Source of the DNA: Candidatus Zhuqueibacterota bacterium
GTDB lineage: Bacteria; Zhuqueibacterota; Zhuqueibacteria; Residuimicrobiales; Oceaniaggregativiventaceae
Direction: 5' to 3'
Length of the DNA: 64,000 nt
Assembly: GCA_014728085.1 (NCBI GenBank)
Contig: WJMF01000164.1
Coordinates: 1,418-65,417, forward strand
Shown here: positions 29,128-39,235 of the stretch, in pieces
How positions within the stretch are numbered: the first letter of the stretch is position 1
Layout of the letters: every line of letters begins with the position of its first letter
Notes under the pieces: generated by a model
Databases searched by the model: none
What the model saw: the letters and a program-made list of their open reading frames with translations, nothing else
What the model was told of the DNA's origin: nothing
Made by a program: the position numbers and the translations under genes

Positions 29128-29764
29128 CCGCCTCCCGGTCCAACGCTTTGAGTGCATTCTCGACTTCAAGTCTGTATGGTTCCAATTCGGATATAGGAAT
29201 TTTGGGCGGAATGATGATAGGCCTGCCATAGAGCAGACAGACTCTGGAAAATGGCCAAAACAACATAAAGCGATCCCACGAAGTGAGGCATATTTTTTTA
29301 CGCGCTGAAAAGGTCAGGGGGAGGATACAGGCACCGGTTCGTTGTGCCAGCGCAACAACCCCCAGCTTAACGTGGTGTCTCGGACCTTTGGGGCCGTCAG
29401 GCAAGATGGTACACGTTTTACCTTTTTTAAGCAATGAGAGCATCTGACGAAAAGCCCGGCTTCCTCCGCGCGTGCTGGAACCTCTGACGGTTTGATATCC
29501 CAGCCTGTGCACGGTTTGGGCGATCATTTCTCCATCATGATGCTCGCTGACCATGGCGGTAATTCCCTGATATCGGTGTATATAGATCGGAATCAGCATT
29601 TTGCCATGCCACAGGATAGCGATTACGCCTCTCTTTTCTGCGATAGCGCGATCCCAGCGGTGGCGATATTTTACATGTATACGACAAACGTTGCCAAAGA
29701 ACAGTATTACAAGCCATGCTAGTTTTGTTGCAAGTATAAATAAAATTTTCTTTTTCTTATTCAT
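29111..29764 (-). CDS. lysophospholipid acyltransferase family protein (DUF374)
   Basis: WHG, SxHxDGE, RGSSTRGG, PDGPKGP, SWDRF. Confidence 0.85.
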   Translation of the reverse strand: MNKKKKILFILATKLAWLVILFFGNVCRIHVKYRHRWDRAIAEKRGVIAILWHGKMLIPIYIHRYQGITAMVSEHHDGEMIAQTVHRLGYQTVRGSSTRGGSRAFRQMLSLLKKGKTCTILPDGPKGPRHHVKLGVVALAQRTGACILPLTFSARKKICLTSWDRFMLFWPFSRVCLLYGRPIIIPPKIPISELEPYRLEVENALKALDREADEYFQ

Positions 29765-29806
29765 GTTACAAATAAATCTAGGGTTATACTGTGTTAAAAA
29801 TCACAT

Positions 29807-30949
29807 TCATCCAATTCCATTGGACTTGATCATTTGTAAAGCAATATCCGCAGCTTTTTCTGCGGCACCGGGTTCGCCCAGCTTTTTTTTAATGCTCTTC
29901 AGTTTATCAATTGTTTTGGTTCTGTGGTTTTTATCATAGAGAAGAACCTCGAGATGTTTTGCCATTTTATCGCTATCGAGGTTCTGAACAAATTCCGTTG
30001 CTACTTTTTCTCCCGCGATAACATTGGCCAGGCCAATATAGGGCAGCTTGACCATGAGTTTGCCGATCAGATAGGTCAGGGGCGATACCCGGTATAGAAT
30101 CATAAACGGGGTCATTAGAAATGCGGTTTCGAGTGTCGCCGTGCCGGACGCCACCATAGCACTCCGGGCATATTTTACAAGAGAATAGGTGTCATTTTCA
30201 ACAATTGTACTTTCACTGTCGAGTTTACAGCAGGCCCTGATTTGGGACTTGCTAAGGGTTTCTGCTTTACCGATGCAGATTTGCAATTCCGGGTGTTTTG
30301 ATTTGACTTTTTTTGCGGTTTCGAACATGACCGGTAACAGGTTTTGTAGTTCCTGTTTGCGGCTCCCCGGCAACAGAGCGAGAACAGGGCGTTCGGCGTC
30401 CAATCGCCAGGTCTTGAAAAATTCATTCTTGTCGGTAAATGCGTTCAGGCTTTCGACGAGGGGGTGTCCGACAAAATCGGTAGGCAGGCCGTATTTTTGA
30501 AAGAAATCCGTTTCAAAGGGAAAAAGAACGGCCAGTCTGTCTATATATCGGGCCATTTTGGCTGCCCGGTGTTGTGCCCAGGCCCATACCTGCGGAGCGA
30601 TAAAATAAAAAACAGTGCACCCCATTTTTTTTGCTTTTTTAGCAAACCGTAAATTAAAGCCGGGATAATCGATCAAAATGACCAGATCCGGTTTTTCGGC
30701 TTTTATTTGATCCACCAGGTCATAATAAAGACGCCGGAAAAAAAAGATGTGACGGGCTATTTCAACCAGACCGATATAAGCGAGGTCATTGATATGATAA
30801 ATCAGCCTCATGCCGGCCTGTTGCATGCGATTACCACCGACTCCGAACACTTTCAGGTCCGGTTCTTTTTTTAAGAGTGCTTTAATCAGCGCCTCGCCGT
30901 GGAGATCTCCGGAGGCTTCGCCGGCAACAATCATGATTTTTTTACTCAT
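29807..30949 (-). CDS. lpxB: lipid-A-disaccharide synthase
   Basis: AGEASGDLHG, IDYPGFN, APQVWAW, VGHPL, LPGSR, SGTATLE; likely ATG 30949. Confidence 0.95.
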   Translation of the reverse strand: MSKKIMIVAGEASGDLHGEALIKALLKKEPDLKVFGVGGNRMQQAGMRLIYHINDLAYIGLVEIARHIFFFRRLYYDLVDQIKAEKPDLVILIDYPGFNLRFAKKAKKMGCTVFYFIAPQVWAWAQHRAAKMARYIDRLAVLFPFETDFFQKYGLPTDFVGHPLVESLNAFTDKNEFFKTWRLDAERPVLALLPGSRKQELQNLLPVMFETAKKVKSKHPELQICIGKAETLSKSQIRACCKLDSESTIVENDTYSLVKYARSAMVASGTATLETAFLMTPFMILYRVSPLTYLIGKLMVKLPYIGLANVIAGEKVATEFVQNLDSDKMAKHLEVLLYDKNHRTKTIDKLKSIKKKLGEPGAAEKAADIALQMIKSNGIG

Positions 30950-31946
30950 CAATGTCCTCGGGGGATATGGTTTTGAACTGTTGGGAGATGATGTTGACGA
31001 TTTGAGTGGCCACTTTAAGTGCCTTGAGGCCATCCTCACCGCTGACGACCGGCTTTGTCTGGTTCTTTATGGCATGAAAAAAATGTTTCCATTCTTCCTG
31101 CATGGCATCAGTTTGCGGAATTTGCAGACGGTTAAAGAGAATTTGCCGTTTCCTTTTCGCCTGTTCGATCTGTCCGAGTATCATACTGTTCGAGGTTACA
31201 TCTTTATCCGAATCAACCAGTTGAATGATTTCAGAGGAGCGTTGTAAAAAATCGACAGAGATATAAGCGTCGCGCTGGAAAAGACGAATTTTTCTCATTT
31301 TTTTCTGGGAGATTCGACTGGCTGTGAGATTGGCAACGCAACCATTTTCAAATTGTAATCTGGTGTTCGCGATATCGATTTGATCGGACACGACGGCGAC
31401 ACCATTGGCATCAACTCTTTTCACATCACTCTTTACCATGCTCAGTATAATATCTATATCATGAATCATCAAATCCAATACAACAGCGACATCAGTACCT
31501 CTTGGAACAAACGGAGCCAGCCGATGTGACTCGATAAACATGGGTTGCAGAAAAACATCGTTGAGTGCGAGCATGGCGGGATTAAACCGCTCAATATGTC
31601 CTACCTGCAAGCGTACGTTTTCCTCTTTTGCCAGTTGAACCAGTCTCTTTGCCTGATCGATGTTCTCGGCAATCGGTTTTTCCACAAAGACATGTTTTTT
31701 CGCTTTGATTGCAGCAAGAGCCACCTCAAGGTGAAATGATGTTGGAACGATGACGCCGACGATATCGACATGTTTGAGAAGCTCTTCATAGCTTTCAAAG
31801 GCTTTACAGCGATAAGTTTTGGCAATTTTTTTACATCTCTCGCCATCTGTGTCGTATACACCGACAAGGTTTGCCTGTGTCAACTGCGTGATTGCATTGC
31901 AATGATAATTACCCAGTTTTCCCACACCGACGATTCCGACATTCAT
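30942..31946 (-). CDS. Gfo/Idh/MocA oxidoreductase, GnnA-like UDP-GlcNAc 3-dehydrogenase
   Basis: GVGKLG, VEKPI, VGHIERFNPA, VVLDLMIHDID; coupled to lpxB; ATG 31946 gives an ATGA overlap. Confidence 0.8.
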   Translation of the reverse strand: MNVGIVGVGKLGNYHCNAITQLTQANLVGVYDTDGERCKKIAKTYRCKAFESYEELLKHVDIVGVIVPTSFHLEVALAAIKAKKHVFVEKPIAENIDQAKRLVQLAKEENVRLQVGHIERFNPAMLALNDVFLQPMFIESHRLAPFVPRGTDVAVVLDLMIHDIDIILSMVKSDVKRVDANGVAVVSDQIDIANTRLQFENGCVANLTASRISQKKMRKIRLFQRDAYISVDFLQRSSEIIQLVDSDKDVTSNSMILGQIEQAKRKRQILFNRLQIPQTDAMQEEWKHFFHAIKNQTKPVVSGEDGLKALKVATQIVNIISQQFKTISPEDIDE

Positions 31947-32413
31947 GTTACTTTTCCTTTCCATATGGATTTCAACAGCTCTGTAATTTTTTCCAGGTCC
32001 TCTTCGTCTTGACGATTAAAGTCATTAAACGCATCGCTATCGATGTCCAGCACCGCTTTGATTTGATTTTGATGATCCCGAACCGGAACGACGATTTCTG
32101 ATTTTGATCTTTCGTCACACGCCACATGGCCGGGAAATTCATGGACATTTTCAACGATGATGGTCCTATTCTGTTTAGCGCATTCGGCACAGACTCCTTT
32201 TTCCAGATTGAGCTTCACACAAGCGGGAGAGCCCTGAAACGGTCCCAATAGCAAATGATCCTTTTTTACAAAGTAGAATCCCACCCAAAAGAAATTCAGA
32301 GAATCTTTTAGAATCGCGGCCGTATTGGCCAGTGTCGAAACCGTATTAATGTGCCTTAAAACCTGGGCGCGAATTTTTTTACGGGCCCAACCATATTTAT
32401 CATTTCTGTTCAT
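31943..32413 (-). CDS. msrC: GAF-domain free methionine-R-sulfoxide reductase
   Basis: WVGFY, LGPFQGxxAC, GVC, GHVACD, SEIVVP, LDIDS. Confidence 0.85.
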   Translation of the reverse strand: MNRNDKYGWARKKIRAQVLRHINTVSTLANTAAILKDSLNFFWVGFYFVKKDHLLLGPFQGSPACVKLNLEKGVCAECAKQNRTIIVENVHEFPGHVACDERSKSEIVVPVRDHQNQIKAVLDIDSDAFNDFNRQDEEDLEKITELLKSIWKGKVT

Positions 32414-32925
32414 TCTTTCCTCTGCATGGAATCTGTTTTCAGGATTTTACGGATATGGGGAATCAACCCACCATGATTAAAGATATCGATAATTTCTTCG
32501 GGCAAAGGGGGAAAATGATATTCGACGCCTTTGTGGACAACAATACCGCGATCCAGTCTGATTTCAATCCGTTCTCCTTTGTTTAGCTGGTCATATAATT
32601 GAGGTAAGACCAGAGCCGGTAATCCGGCATTGATACAATTGCGGTAATACAGTCTGGAGAAAGACTTTGCGATCACCGCACCTACTCCGGCATATTTCAG
32701 GCAGAATGCTGCTTGCTCTCTCGAACTGCCACAACCGAAATTTTTGCCGCCCAGCACGATATCTCCGTTTTGCACCAGGGTACTAAACTCGGGATCGAGA
32801 TCTTCCAGGGCTAATTTTGCCATCTCCCCGGGATCAGTAACGGTATAGGTATATTTACCCGGAAAAATGACATCTGTATTGATATTGTCGCCATATTTCC
32901 AGATTCTACCCGTGATTTCAGACAT
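32410..32925 (-). CDS. homoaconitase / 3-isopropylmalate dehydratase small subunit
   Basis: DNINTDVIFPGKY, NFGCGSSREQA; likely ATG 32925. Confidence 0.88.
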   Translation of the reverse strand: MSEITGRIWKYGDNINTDVIFPGKYTYTVTDPGEMAKLALEDLDPEFSTLVQNGDIVLGGKNFGCGSSREQAAFCLKYAGVGAVIAKSFSRLYYRNCINAGLPALVLPQLYDQLNKGERIEIRLDRGIVVHKGVEYHFPPLPEEIIDIFNHGGLIPHIRKILKTDSMQRKE

Positions 32926-34189
32926 GTTTCCCTCCGCTTGATTTGATAAAGTCCCGGCAGTCTTCAATTTGACCGGTTAATGCAGACACTGCGGCGGTTA
33001 GTGGGCTGCTCAGAAAAATCTCACTCTCTTTGCAGCCAAAGCGTCCCTTGAAATTCCGATTGGAGGTGCTCAGAGTAACCTCTCCGGGAGCAAGAACACC
33101 CTGGTGATTTCCCATACAGGGTCCGCAGCCGGGATTTACCAGCACGGCACCGGCCTCGATCAAATCTTTTATATAACCGGCTTGCAGAGCTTGCAGATAT
33201 ATTTGATTGGACGCGGGTATAACAACCATTCTGAGATGGTTGTGAATTTTTTTATTGCGCAAAACATCTGCGACGATTTTAAAATCTTCAAGCCGGGCGT
33301 TTGTACAAGAACCGAAAAAGATTTGATCGATTTTGGTGCCTTTTACCCGGCTTGCCGGTTTGACGTTGTCTACTGTGTGGGGACAGGCAATTTGAGGTTC
33401 CAGATCACTAATTTCAAATTCATAATTTTCCTCAATACGAGCATCCGGATCGGAATATTGCGGCTTGTAATGAACGCGGGCCCGGTTTTTCAAATAGGCA
33501 GCGGTTTTAGCGTCGGGCTCTATATGGCCATTCTTGGCTCCCATTTCCACAGCCATATTTGTCAGAACCATACGGCCGGCGATACTCATTTCTTCGACCA
33601 CGGGGCCGGCAAACCACACGGATTTGTAGAGAGCACCGTCGGCCTTGAGGTCTCCGATAATTTTGAGAATAATATCTTTTGCGGATATTGCTGCCGGGAT
33701 TTTTCCTTTTATCGTTATTTTTATCGTTTCCGGCACCCGAAACCAAATTTTACCGGTGGCAAAAATAGCCGCCATTTCACTGCGACCGATACCGGTGGCA
33801 AAGGCCCCAAACGCACCATAAGTGGTGGTATGCGAATCACTGCCGACTATTATCTTTCCGGGTAACGCGAATCCTTCTTCACAAATCACCTGATGACAAA
33901 TACCCCGATCTATATCATAAAAGTGATCGATTTTTTGTTCTTTAATAAACTCTCTTATCTCTTTATGATTTTGAGCGAATTTTTCATTCGCAGCGGGGAC
34001 GCAATGATCGAGTATGACAATATGGCGGTCAGGCTTGTCGATTTTTTTAATGCCGATCTGTCTGAAGGTTTTGGCGATTGCTGCAGTATTATCGTGGCTC
34101 ATTGCAAAATCCGGTTTAATCTCCAGAATTTCACCTGCAGAAACAGATCTTTCCCTGCTTAATATCTTTTCTACAAATGTTTTTGCCAT
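32918..34189 (-). CDS. homoaconitase / 3-isopropylmalate dehydratase large subunit
   Basis: MSHDN, GICHQ, DSHT, GSCTN, CGPCMG, SNRNFKGR. Confidence 0.9.
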   Translation of the reverse strand: MAKTFVEKILSRERSVSAGEILEIKPDFAMSHDNTAAIAKTFRQIGIKKIDKPDRHIVILDHCVPAANEKFAQNHKEIREFIKEQKIDHFYDIDRGICHQVICEEGFALPGKIIVGSDSHTTTYGAFGAFATGIGRSEMAAIFATGKIWFRVPETIKITIKGKIPAAISAKDIILKIIGDLKADGALYKSVWFAGPVVEEMSIAGRMVLTNMAVEMGAKNGHIEPDAKTAAYLKNRARVHYKPQYSDPDARIEENYEFEISDLEPQIACPHTVDNVKPASRVKGTKIDQIFFGSCTNARLEDFKIVADVLRNKKIHNHLRMVVIPASNQIYLQALQAGYIKDLIEAGAVLVNPGCGPCMGNHQGVLAPGEVTLSTSNRNFKGRFGCKESEIFLSSPLTAAVSALTGQIEDCRDFIKSSGGKHV

Positions 34190-34192
34190 ATT

Positions 34193-34732
34193 TTATTCCT
34201 CACGGAGAAGATTTAATGTTCGAATGACCCGATAAGCCGGGTGGTTGTTGTTTTTATAGGCTTTTGAATGATGCGTTGCCGGATAGTTGTGATTTCTTTG
34301 CTGTTCGCAATAGTCCAGCCACTTTTCAGCATTATAGTTGATTTTTCCGGCTTTGGACAAAGTATAAATATCCTGCAGTCGCTGTTTAAAAAGCAGCATT
34401 GAATGTTTTCCCTGCAGGGTGTTGACGAAGAGTGTCCAAACCCGATCCAGCGACACTCCTGCTGCTTTTACAGGGCGCAGATTGAGACGAACATATTCAT
34501 GCGTAAGGGATAACGGTTCAATCAGGGGCTCCTGTTTGTTTTCTTTCATCTCTTTCCATTCCAGGCGCAGGGCTTCAAATGCCCGGTGTTTGTTCTGCAA
34601 TAAATGTTCGGCTCCAAAGACACCCTGATAGAGCATTTTATAAATATCCTGAAATTCCAATATCTGGTGTACCGAGTGGTGATAGCCAAGCAGATCTTTG
34701 AGATCGACGGGTTTATAGAGTGTATTGATCAT
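34193..34732 (-). CDS. conserved hypothetical protein
   Basis: QDIYKMLYQGVFGAEH, VRLNLRP, HHSxxY...PAYRV look family-conserved; inside the operon. Confidence 0.6.
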   Translation of the reverse strand: MINTLYKPVDLKDLLGYHHSVHQILEFQDIYKMLYQGVFGAEHLLQNKHRAFEALRLEWKEMKENKQEPLIEPLSLTHEYVRLNLRPVKAAGVSLDRVWTLFVNTLQGKHSMLLFKQRLQDIYTLSKAGKINYNAEKWLDYCEQQRNHNYPATHHSKAYKNNNHPAYRVIRTLNLLREE

Positions 34733-34775
34733 CTGGTACTAATATATTAAAATTATTTCAAAAGCACATTTTTTT

Positions 34776-35963
34776 TTAAAGCAAAAAAGAGACAATTTCC
34801 GAACATATAGTATCATAAAGTAAAAGTCCGTTGAGGGTCAGGTACAAGCTGTTACCATTGTGGCTGAGACAGCGATTGTTCTCTGAAAGCGAAAAGGGTG
34901 GTGTAGAGTCGTCGAGACCGTTCCAGTTTTTGGACAGGGGTTGCAGGGATTGCAGTAGATCCTGGGCATAGGACTCTTTCCAGCGCTGCAAATCAATGCC
35001 ACTTTTTTGGCGCAGTCCGAGAAAGATGGTTTCTATCTTTTGTTGATTTGTACTTGGTTGTTCACAGGACTCGAGGGGAGATTGATCACAATGCAAGCGG
35101 TTGGTGTAACGATTAATATCAGCGATATTCCAGCATCTGCGAAGGCCATCAAATGAATGAGCCGCGGGGCCAATTCCCAGATAGGGATTTTTTTGCCAAT
35201 AATTTTGATTATGTACGGATTCTTTTCCTGGCAGGGCAAAATTTGAGATTTCATAATGTTCATAGCCGGCATTTTTCAGCGTCCCGGCTGCATATATATA
35301 CATCTCGCGTTCCAATTCTTCATCGCACGGCATCACTTTATTTTTTCGCAGCGCTTGAAACAGAGGTGTTTCCTCTTCAATGGTCAAACCATATACGGAA
35401 ATATGATCGGGGTTAAGTGAAAGCGATCTGGAGAGATTGGATTTCCAAGTTTTCATGGTTTGACCGGGGATGGCAAAAATAAGATCGATACCGACATCTG
35501 AAAAACCTGCCAGGCGGGCCTGCTTTATGACGGTCTCGGCATCCTTTTTGCTATGAAGACGCTGCAGCATCAGCAGGTCTTTATCGCAGAATGATTGAAC
35601 ACCGACAGATAAGCGGTTTATACCCATTCGGCGTAAATCGGAAAGCTTTTGCGATGATACGGTCCCGGGATTGATCTCGAAGGAGATTTGAGCTTCGGGC
35701 AACCGGTTCCATTTTTTTTTGAGAATGGAAAGGATATATTCTATAGACAGGGATTGCAGAACCGAAGGCGTGCCGCCTCCAAAATAGATGGATTTCAGAA
35801 TAAACTCTGGAGGAGGAAAAAGTAAACAATAGTGTTCAATTTCTTTTTGCAGTGCCAGCAAATAGTCATCGATACGGGTCAGATCTGTGGATGAATAGAA
35901 ATTACAATAGTTGCATTTTTTAAAACAGAAAGGCACATGGATGTAAAGAGAAAAGGTATGCAT
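34776..35963 (-). CDS. hemW: radical SAM heme chaperone HemW
   Basis: YIHVPFC-x3-C-x2-C, YFGGGTPS, HYEISNF, HNxxYW, YLGIGPAAH. Confidence 0.9.
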   Translation of the reverse strand: MHTFSLYIHVPFCFKKCNYCNFYSSTDLTRIDDYLLALQKEIEHYCLLFPPPEFILKSIYFGGGTPSVLQSLSIEYILSILKKKWNRLPEAQISFEINPGTVSSQKLSDLRRMGINRLSVGVQSFCDKDLLMLQRLHSKKDAETVIKQARLAGFSDVGIDLIFAIPGQTMKTWKSNLSRSLSLNPDHISVYGLTIEEETPLFQALRKNKVMPCDEELEREMYIYAAGTLKNAGYEHYEISNFALPGKESVHNQNYWQKNPYLGIGPAAHSFDGLRRCWNIADINRYTNRLHCDQSPLESCEQPSTNQQKIETIFLGLRQKSGIDLQRWKESYAQDLLQSLQPLSKNWNGLDDSTPPFSLSENNRCLSHNGNSLYLTLNGLLLYDTICSEIVSFLL

Positions 35964-35965
35964 CC

Positions 35966-36697
35966 CTAGCGAATAATATTAAAAATTCGATTCCATCGGA
36001 TTTTTTCGCTCAAATCCCACAGGGGTACATATTTATCCCAGGACCAGTAGATCACCATGGCTTCTCCGACGATATTTTCCATCGGCATAAATCCCCAATA
36101 TCTGCTGTCCTGACTGTTATCCCGGTTGTCGCCGAGCATAAAAAGATGGTCAGGAGGAACGGCCACAGGACCATAATTTTGTTGTCGCGCGTTTTTGTTG
36201 GAATGTACCCGAATGGTATATTCGGCACCATTGTTGTTTATAATCCGGTAATAGTCAATATAAAACCCCTCTACCGGATCGAATTGGTTTTTGGCGATGA
36301 GGTTTTTTTCTCCCTCCGGCTCGCCGTTTACAAAGACGTTACTTCCTTTAATTTCTATCGTATCTCCCGGCACACCGATACAGCGTTTGATATAATCCAG
36401 GGATTCATCGAGAGGATATTTAAAAACAATGATCTGGCCGCGTTTCGGTTCTTTAAAAGCAGGAAATCGATAAGAGGGAAGTTTGATATCGACGAGCGGA
36501 ATGCGCTCCGGGGTCTTGGCACCATAAACAAATTTGTTCACCAGCAAAAAATCACCCACCAGCAGCGTATCTTTCATCGAGCCTGTGGGTATACGAAAGG
36601 CCTGAACCACCAGCATTCTCAGAATGAGTGCTGCGATAAGCGCAACTCCAAATGCTTCCGCATATTCGAATATGGCATTCCGTTTTTTGTTTTTCAT
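35966..36697 (-). CDS. lepB: signal peptidase I
   Basis: IPTGSM (Ser), YIKRC (Lys), GDNRDNSxDSRYWG. Confidence 0.95.
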   Translation of the reverse strand: MKNKKRNAIFEYAEAFGVALIAALILRMLVVQAFRIPTGSMKDTLLVGDFLLVNKFVYGAKTPERIPLVDIKLPSYRFPAFKEPKRGQIIVFKYPLDESLDYIKRCIGVPGDTIEIKGSNVFVNGEPEGEKNLIAKNQFDPVEGFYIDYYRIINNNGAEYTIRVHSNKNARQQNYGPVAVPPDHLFMLGDNRDNSQDSRYWGFMPMENIVGEAMVIYWSWDKYVPLWDLSEKIRWNRIFNIIR

Positions 36698-36863
36698 CTC
36701 CAGTCCTCATTATAACAAAATGTGATATCATCTATCCGGAGTCAAGCCCGGATCTCTATAATTGATGTTCAACTCTTTTTTCCCGCCCGGTTCGATCGGG
36801 TTGAATCGTATCATTATCTGGTTTATAAAATTAAGCGCAGACGTTGCGATAATTGCAAACAAT

Positions 36864-38465
36864 TTAATAAATCCATTCCAATTTTTCCAACTTTTTCTGT
36901 GTTATATATGTTCCCGATAAAAATACAACGACGGCATAACCTGTCGACAGCAACAGGGATAGAAGGAAAAGATCCGTCATGTAACCCAGGGCCAGAATGA
37001 GAAAATCGATCGAACCAAATAAAATAATTGCCAGCATCAGCCACAAGGTGCCACCGCTGTGCAGCATATTTCTTGGATGGTCCCAGTTAAAATTGACAAA
37101 ATAAATGGCAACCACCATTCCCAGGGCCACGGCGCCGGCAAGTATACCGTTTAATATTATAAAAAAAATACCGAAAAACTGCAGTGGGGCGCTGCTCAGA
37201 ACGGACAGGATGGCCAATGCCAGGGTTGCCACAGGCAAAAAGGTGGCATATGTTGTAAACCATTTTGCGCCGAAAAGGGTCTGGCTGGCCAGAGGTGCTT
37301 TTTTCAGATGATAAAAGGATTTTCTCTCAATAGCAAGTAATTTTACTGTCGACAAGGCGGCAAAGATTGCTGTAAAGAGCAAAAGCGATGCAAAGGCATG
37401 AAAGTCAAAGAGGGATAGCAGGTCATTTTTTTCGTATATAATAAAAGGAAAAACCATCAACATAATGAGAAAGATAATACTTTGGGCGAATTGTCTGGCA
37501 TCCCGTATAATGAGGTTGAGATCTTTTATTAAAAGAGCAAGAAAAGGGGGTCTTTTTTTTTCGAGATGTTTTTCGGTTTGATGTTTATGTATTAGGGCCG
37601 GACGGTTTTCCTGAAAGGTTTTTAATTTACGGGTTAGTATAAAACTGAACATTATTGCCGGAATGGTCACCAACAGAATCGGAAACAACCTTACTATAGC
37701 GCCGGATGGATGATTCTGTGCGCTCTGGGAAAAAATATTTACCAGCCAATGAGACGGAAGCAGGTCGAGCCAGCTATGGGTATTGAATTGCGCCAGCTGC
37801 TCGAGTCGTTGAGGATTGAAAGAGGTTGAAATTGGATCGAGTTGGGAGAATCGAAAAAGTTGAAAACCGGCCCACAAAGCGACAAAGACAAAGGCAACGA
37901 GGATGGTTGTGATATATTTTGCGCGCTGAGCAGAGAGGGCGGTTAACAAGAGGATTGCACAAATATTCGCAATTGCATAAGCGAGCGCCAAAAAGGCGAT
38001 GACCGCCAATAAAACAATAAACAGAAACCAGGCAGAGATTTCATAGTTGATGTAAAAGGCAATAAGCAGGGGGAGCCCAAAGTAGAGAAAAAGGGTCGAA
38101 TTTATCAGACAGCCCTGAATAAATTTAGCCGCCCAGATGTCGGCTTCGGGAAGCGGTAAAGAGCGCAAAAGTGACAGATCTTTGCTGACAAAGGGTAAAT
38201 GCAGGGAGAGCGGGATGCCGGTGAAAACAAGAAGCGCAAACAGTCCCAATAACGAGAGATTGACAAATCCGGTTGCGGGCAAAAGAGCGTTGTCTGAAAG
38301 AACGCTCCAGGATTTGAAGAGCTGGTTGATCTGGGCATAGATATAGACCGGTAAAATGAACAGCACTCCCAGCGACAAGAGACGATACCTTTTAATACCG
38401 GAGCCCGAATCAAGAAAGGTATTCTTGATTTGCAGCCCTCTGTTCAGCAACAGTTTGAGTATCAT
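36864..38465 (-). CDS. putative ABC exporter permease
   Basis: about 12 TM helices in two halves (DLSLLRSLPL; KDLNLIIRD); coupled to the ATPase. Confidence 0.75.
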   Translation of the reverse strand: MILKLLLNRGLQIKNTFLDSGSGIKRYRLLSLGVLFILPVYIYAQINQLFKSWSVLSDNALLPATGFVNLSLLGLFALLVFTGIPLSLHLPFVSKDLSLLRSLPLPEADIWAAKFIQGCLINSTLFLYFGLPLLIAFYINYEISAWFLFIVLLAVIAFLALAYAIANICAILLLTALSAQRAKYITTILVAFVFVALWAGFQLFRFSQLDPISTSFNPQRLEQLAQFNTHSWLDLLPSHWLVNIFSQSAQNHPSGAIVRLFPILLVTIPAIMFSFILTRKLKTFQENRPALIHKHQTEKHLEKKRPPFLALLIKDLNLIIRDARQFAQSIIFLIMLMVFPFIIYEKNDLLSLFDFHAFASLLLFTAIFAALSTVKLLAIERKSFYHLKKAPLASQTLFGAKWFTTYATFLPVATLALAILSVLSSAPLQFFGIFFIILNGILAGAVALGMVVAIYFVNFNWDHPRNMLHSGGTLWLMLAIILFGSIDFLILALGYMTDLFLLSLLLSTGYAVVVFLSGTYITQKKLEKLEWIY

Positions 38466-39235
38466 GTTCCGGCATTCCCCTGTAGAAAAGATTGTAAAGA
38501 GGAGTCGTTTTTGCTTCCGATGATGTTTAAAAAGATATTTTCCAGGTCATTGTATCCGCTTTCTGTTTTTAATTGCTGAAGGGTGGCGACTTTGTGTAGT
38601 TTTCCCTGATGAATAATACCGATCCGGTGACACATCTTTTCCGCCAGTTCGAGGATATGGGTGGACATGAAAATGGTTTTACCCTGTTTTATCAGGCCAT
38701 CGAGCAGGGTTTTGAATGTGCGCACGCTTTCCGGATCGAGTCCGATTGTGGGTTCATCCAGAAAAAGCACTTCCGGATCATGAATGAGGGCACCGACAAG
38801 AGCGACTTTTCGCCGCGTTCCGTGCGAGAGTTCATCGATCAGAGCATCGGCGTGTTCTGCGAGCTCGAAAATATCAAAGAGCTGGTCCATTCTCCTTTTT
38901 GCAAGGGTTGGCGGTATTTTATAAATGTCTGCTAAAAAGCGAATAAATTCATGTGTTTTGAGTTTTTCATAGAGAAAGGGTTCTTCGGGGACAAGGCCGG
39001 TCATTCGCTTGGCTTTGACCGGATTTTCCTGAATGTCGATGCCGTGAATCCAGACTTTGCCTCGGCCGGGGCGAAGCAGTCCATTCATCATCTTTATGGT
39101 TGTGGTTTTCCCCGCTCCGTTCACACCCAAGAAGACAAACAATTCATTCTCAACCCTCAGGGACAAATCATCAACAGCAATGAACGAACCGTATTTTTTT
39201 GTCAAATGCTCTGCTTTAATCATGCTCTGCCTCAA
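38462..39235 (-). CDS. ABC transporter ATP-binding protein
   Basis: [26 protein letters not shown]. Confidence 0.93.
   Translation of the reverse strand: MRQSMIKAEHLTKKYGSFIAVDDLSLRVENELFVFLGVNGAGKTTTIKMMNGLLRPGRGKVWIHGIDIQENPVKAKRMTGLVPEEPFLYEKLKTHEFIRFLADIYKIPPTLAKRRMDQLFDIFELAEHADALIDELSHGTRRKVALVGALIHDPEVLFLDEPTIGLDPESVRTFKTLLDGLIKQGKTIFMSTHILELAEKMCHRIGIIHQGKLHKVATLQQLKTESGYNDLENIFLNIIGSKNDSSLQSFLQGNAGT

Noticed and set aside
33104-33865. Long antisense ORFs (this one, and 13094..13786, 36146..36715, 55181..55753, 60159..60770)
   Set aside because: Shadow frames opposite well-supported genes, with no recognisable motifs
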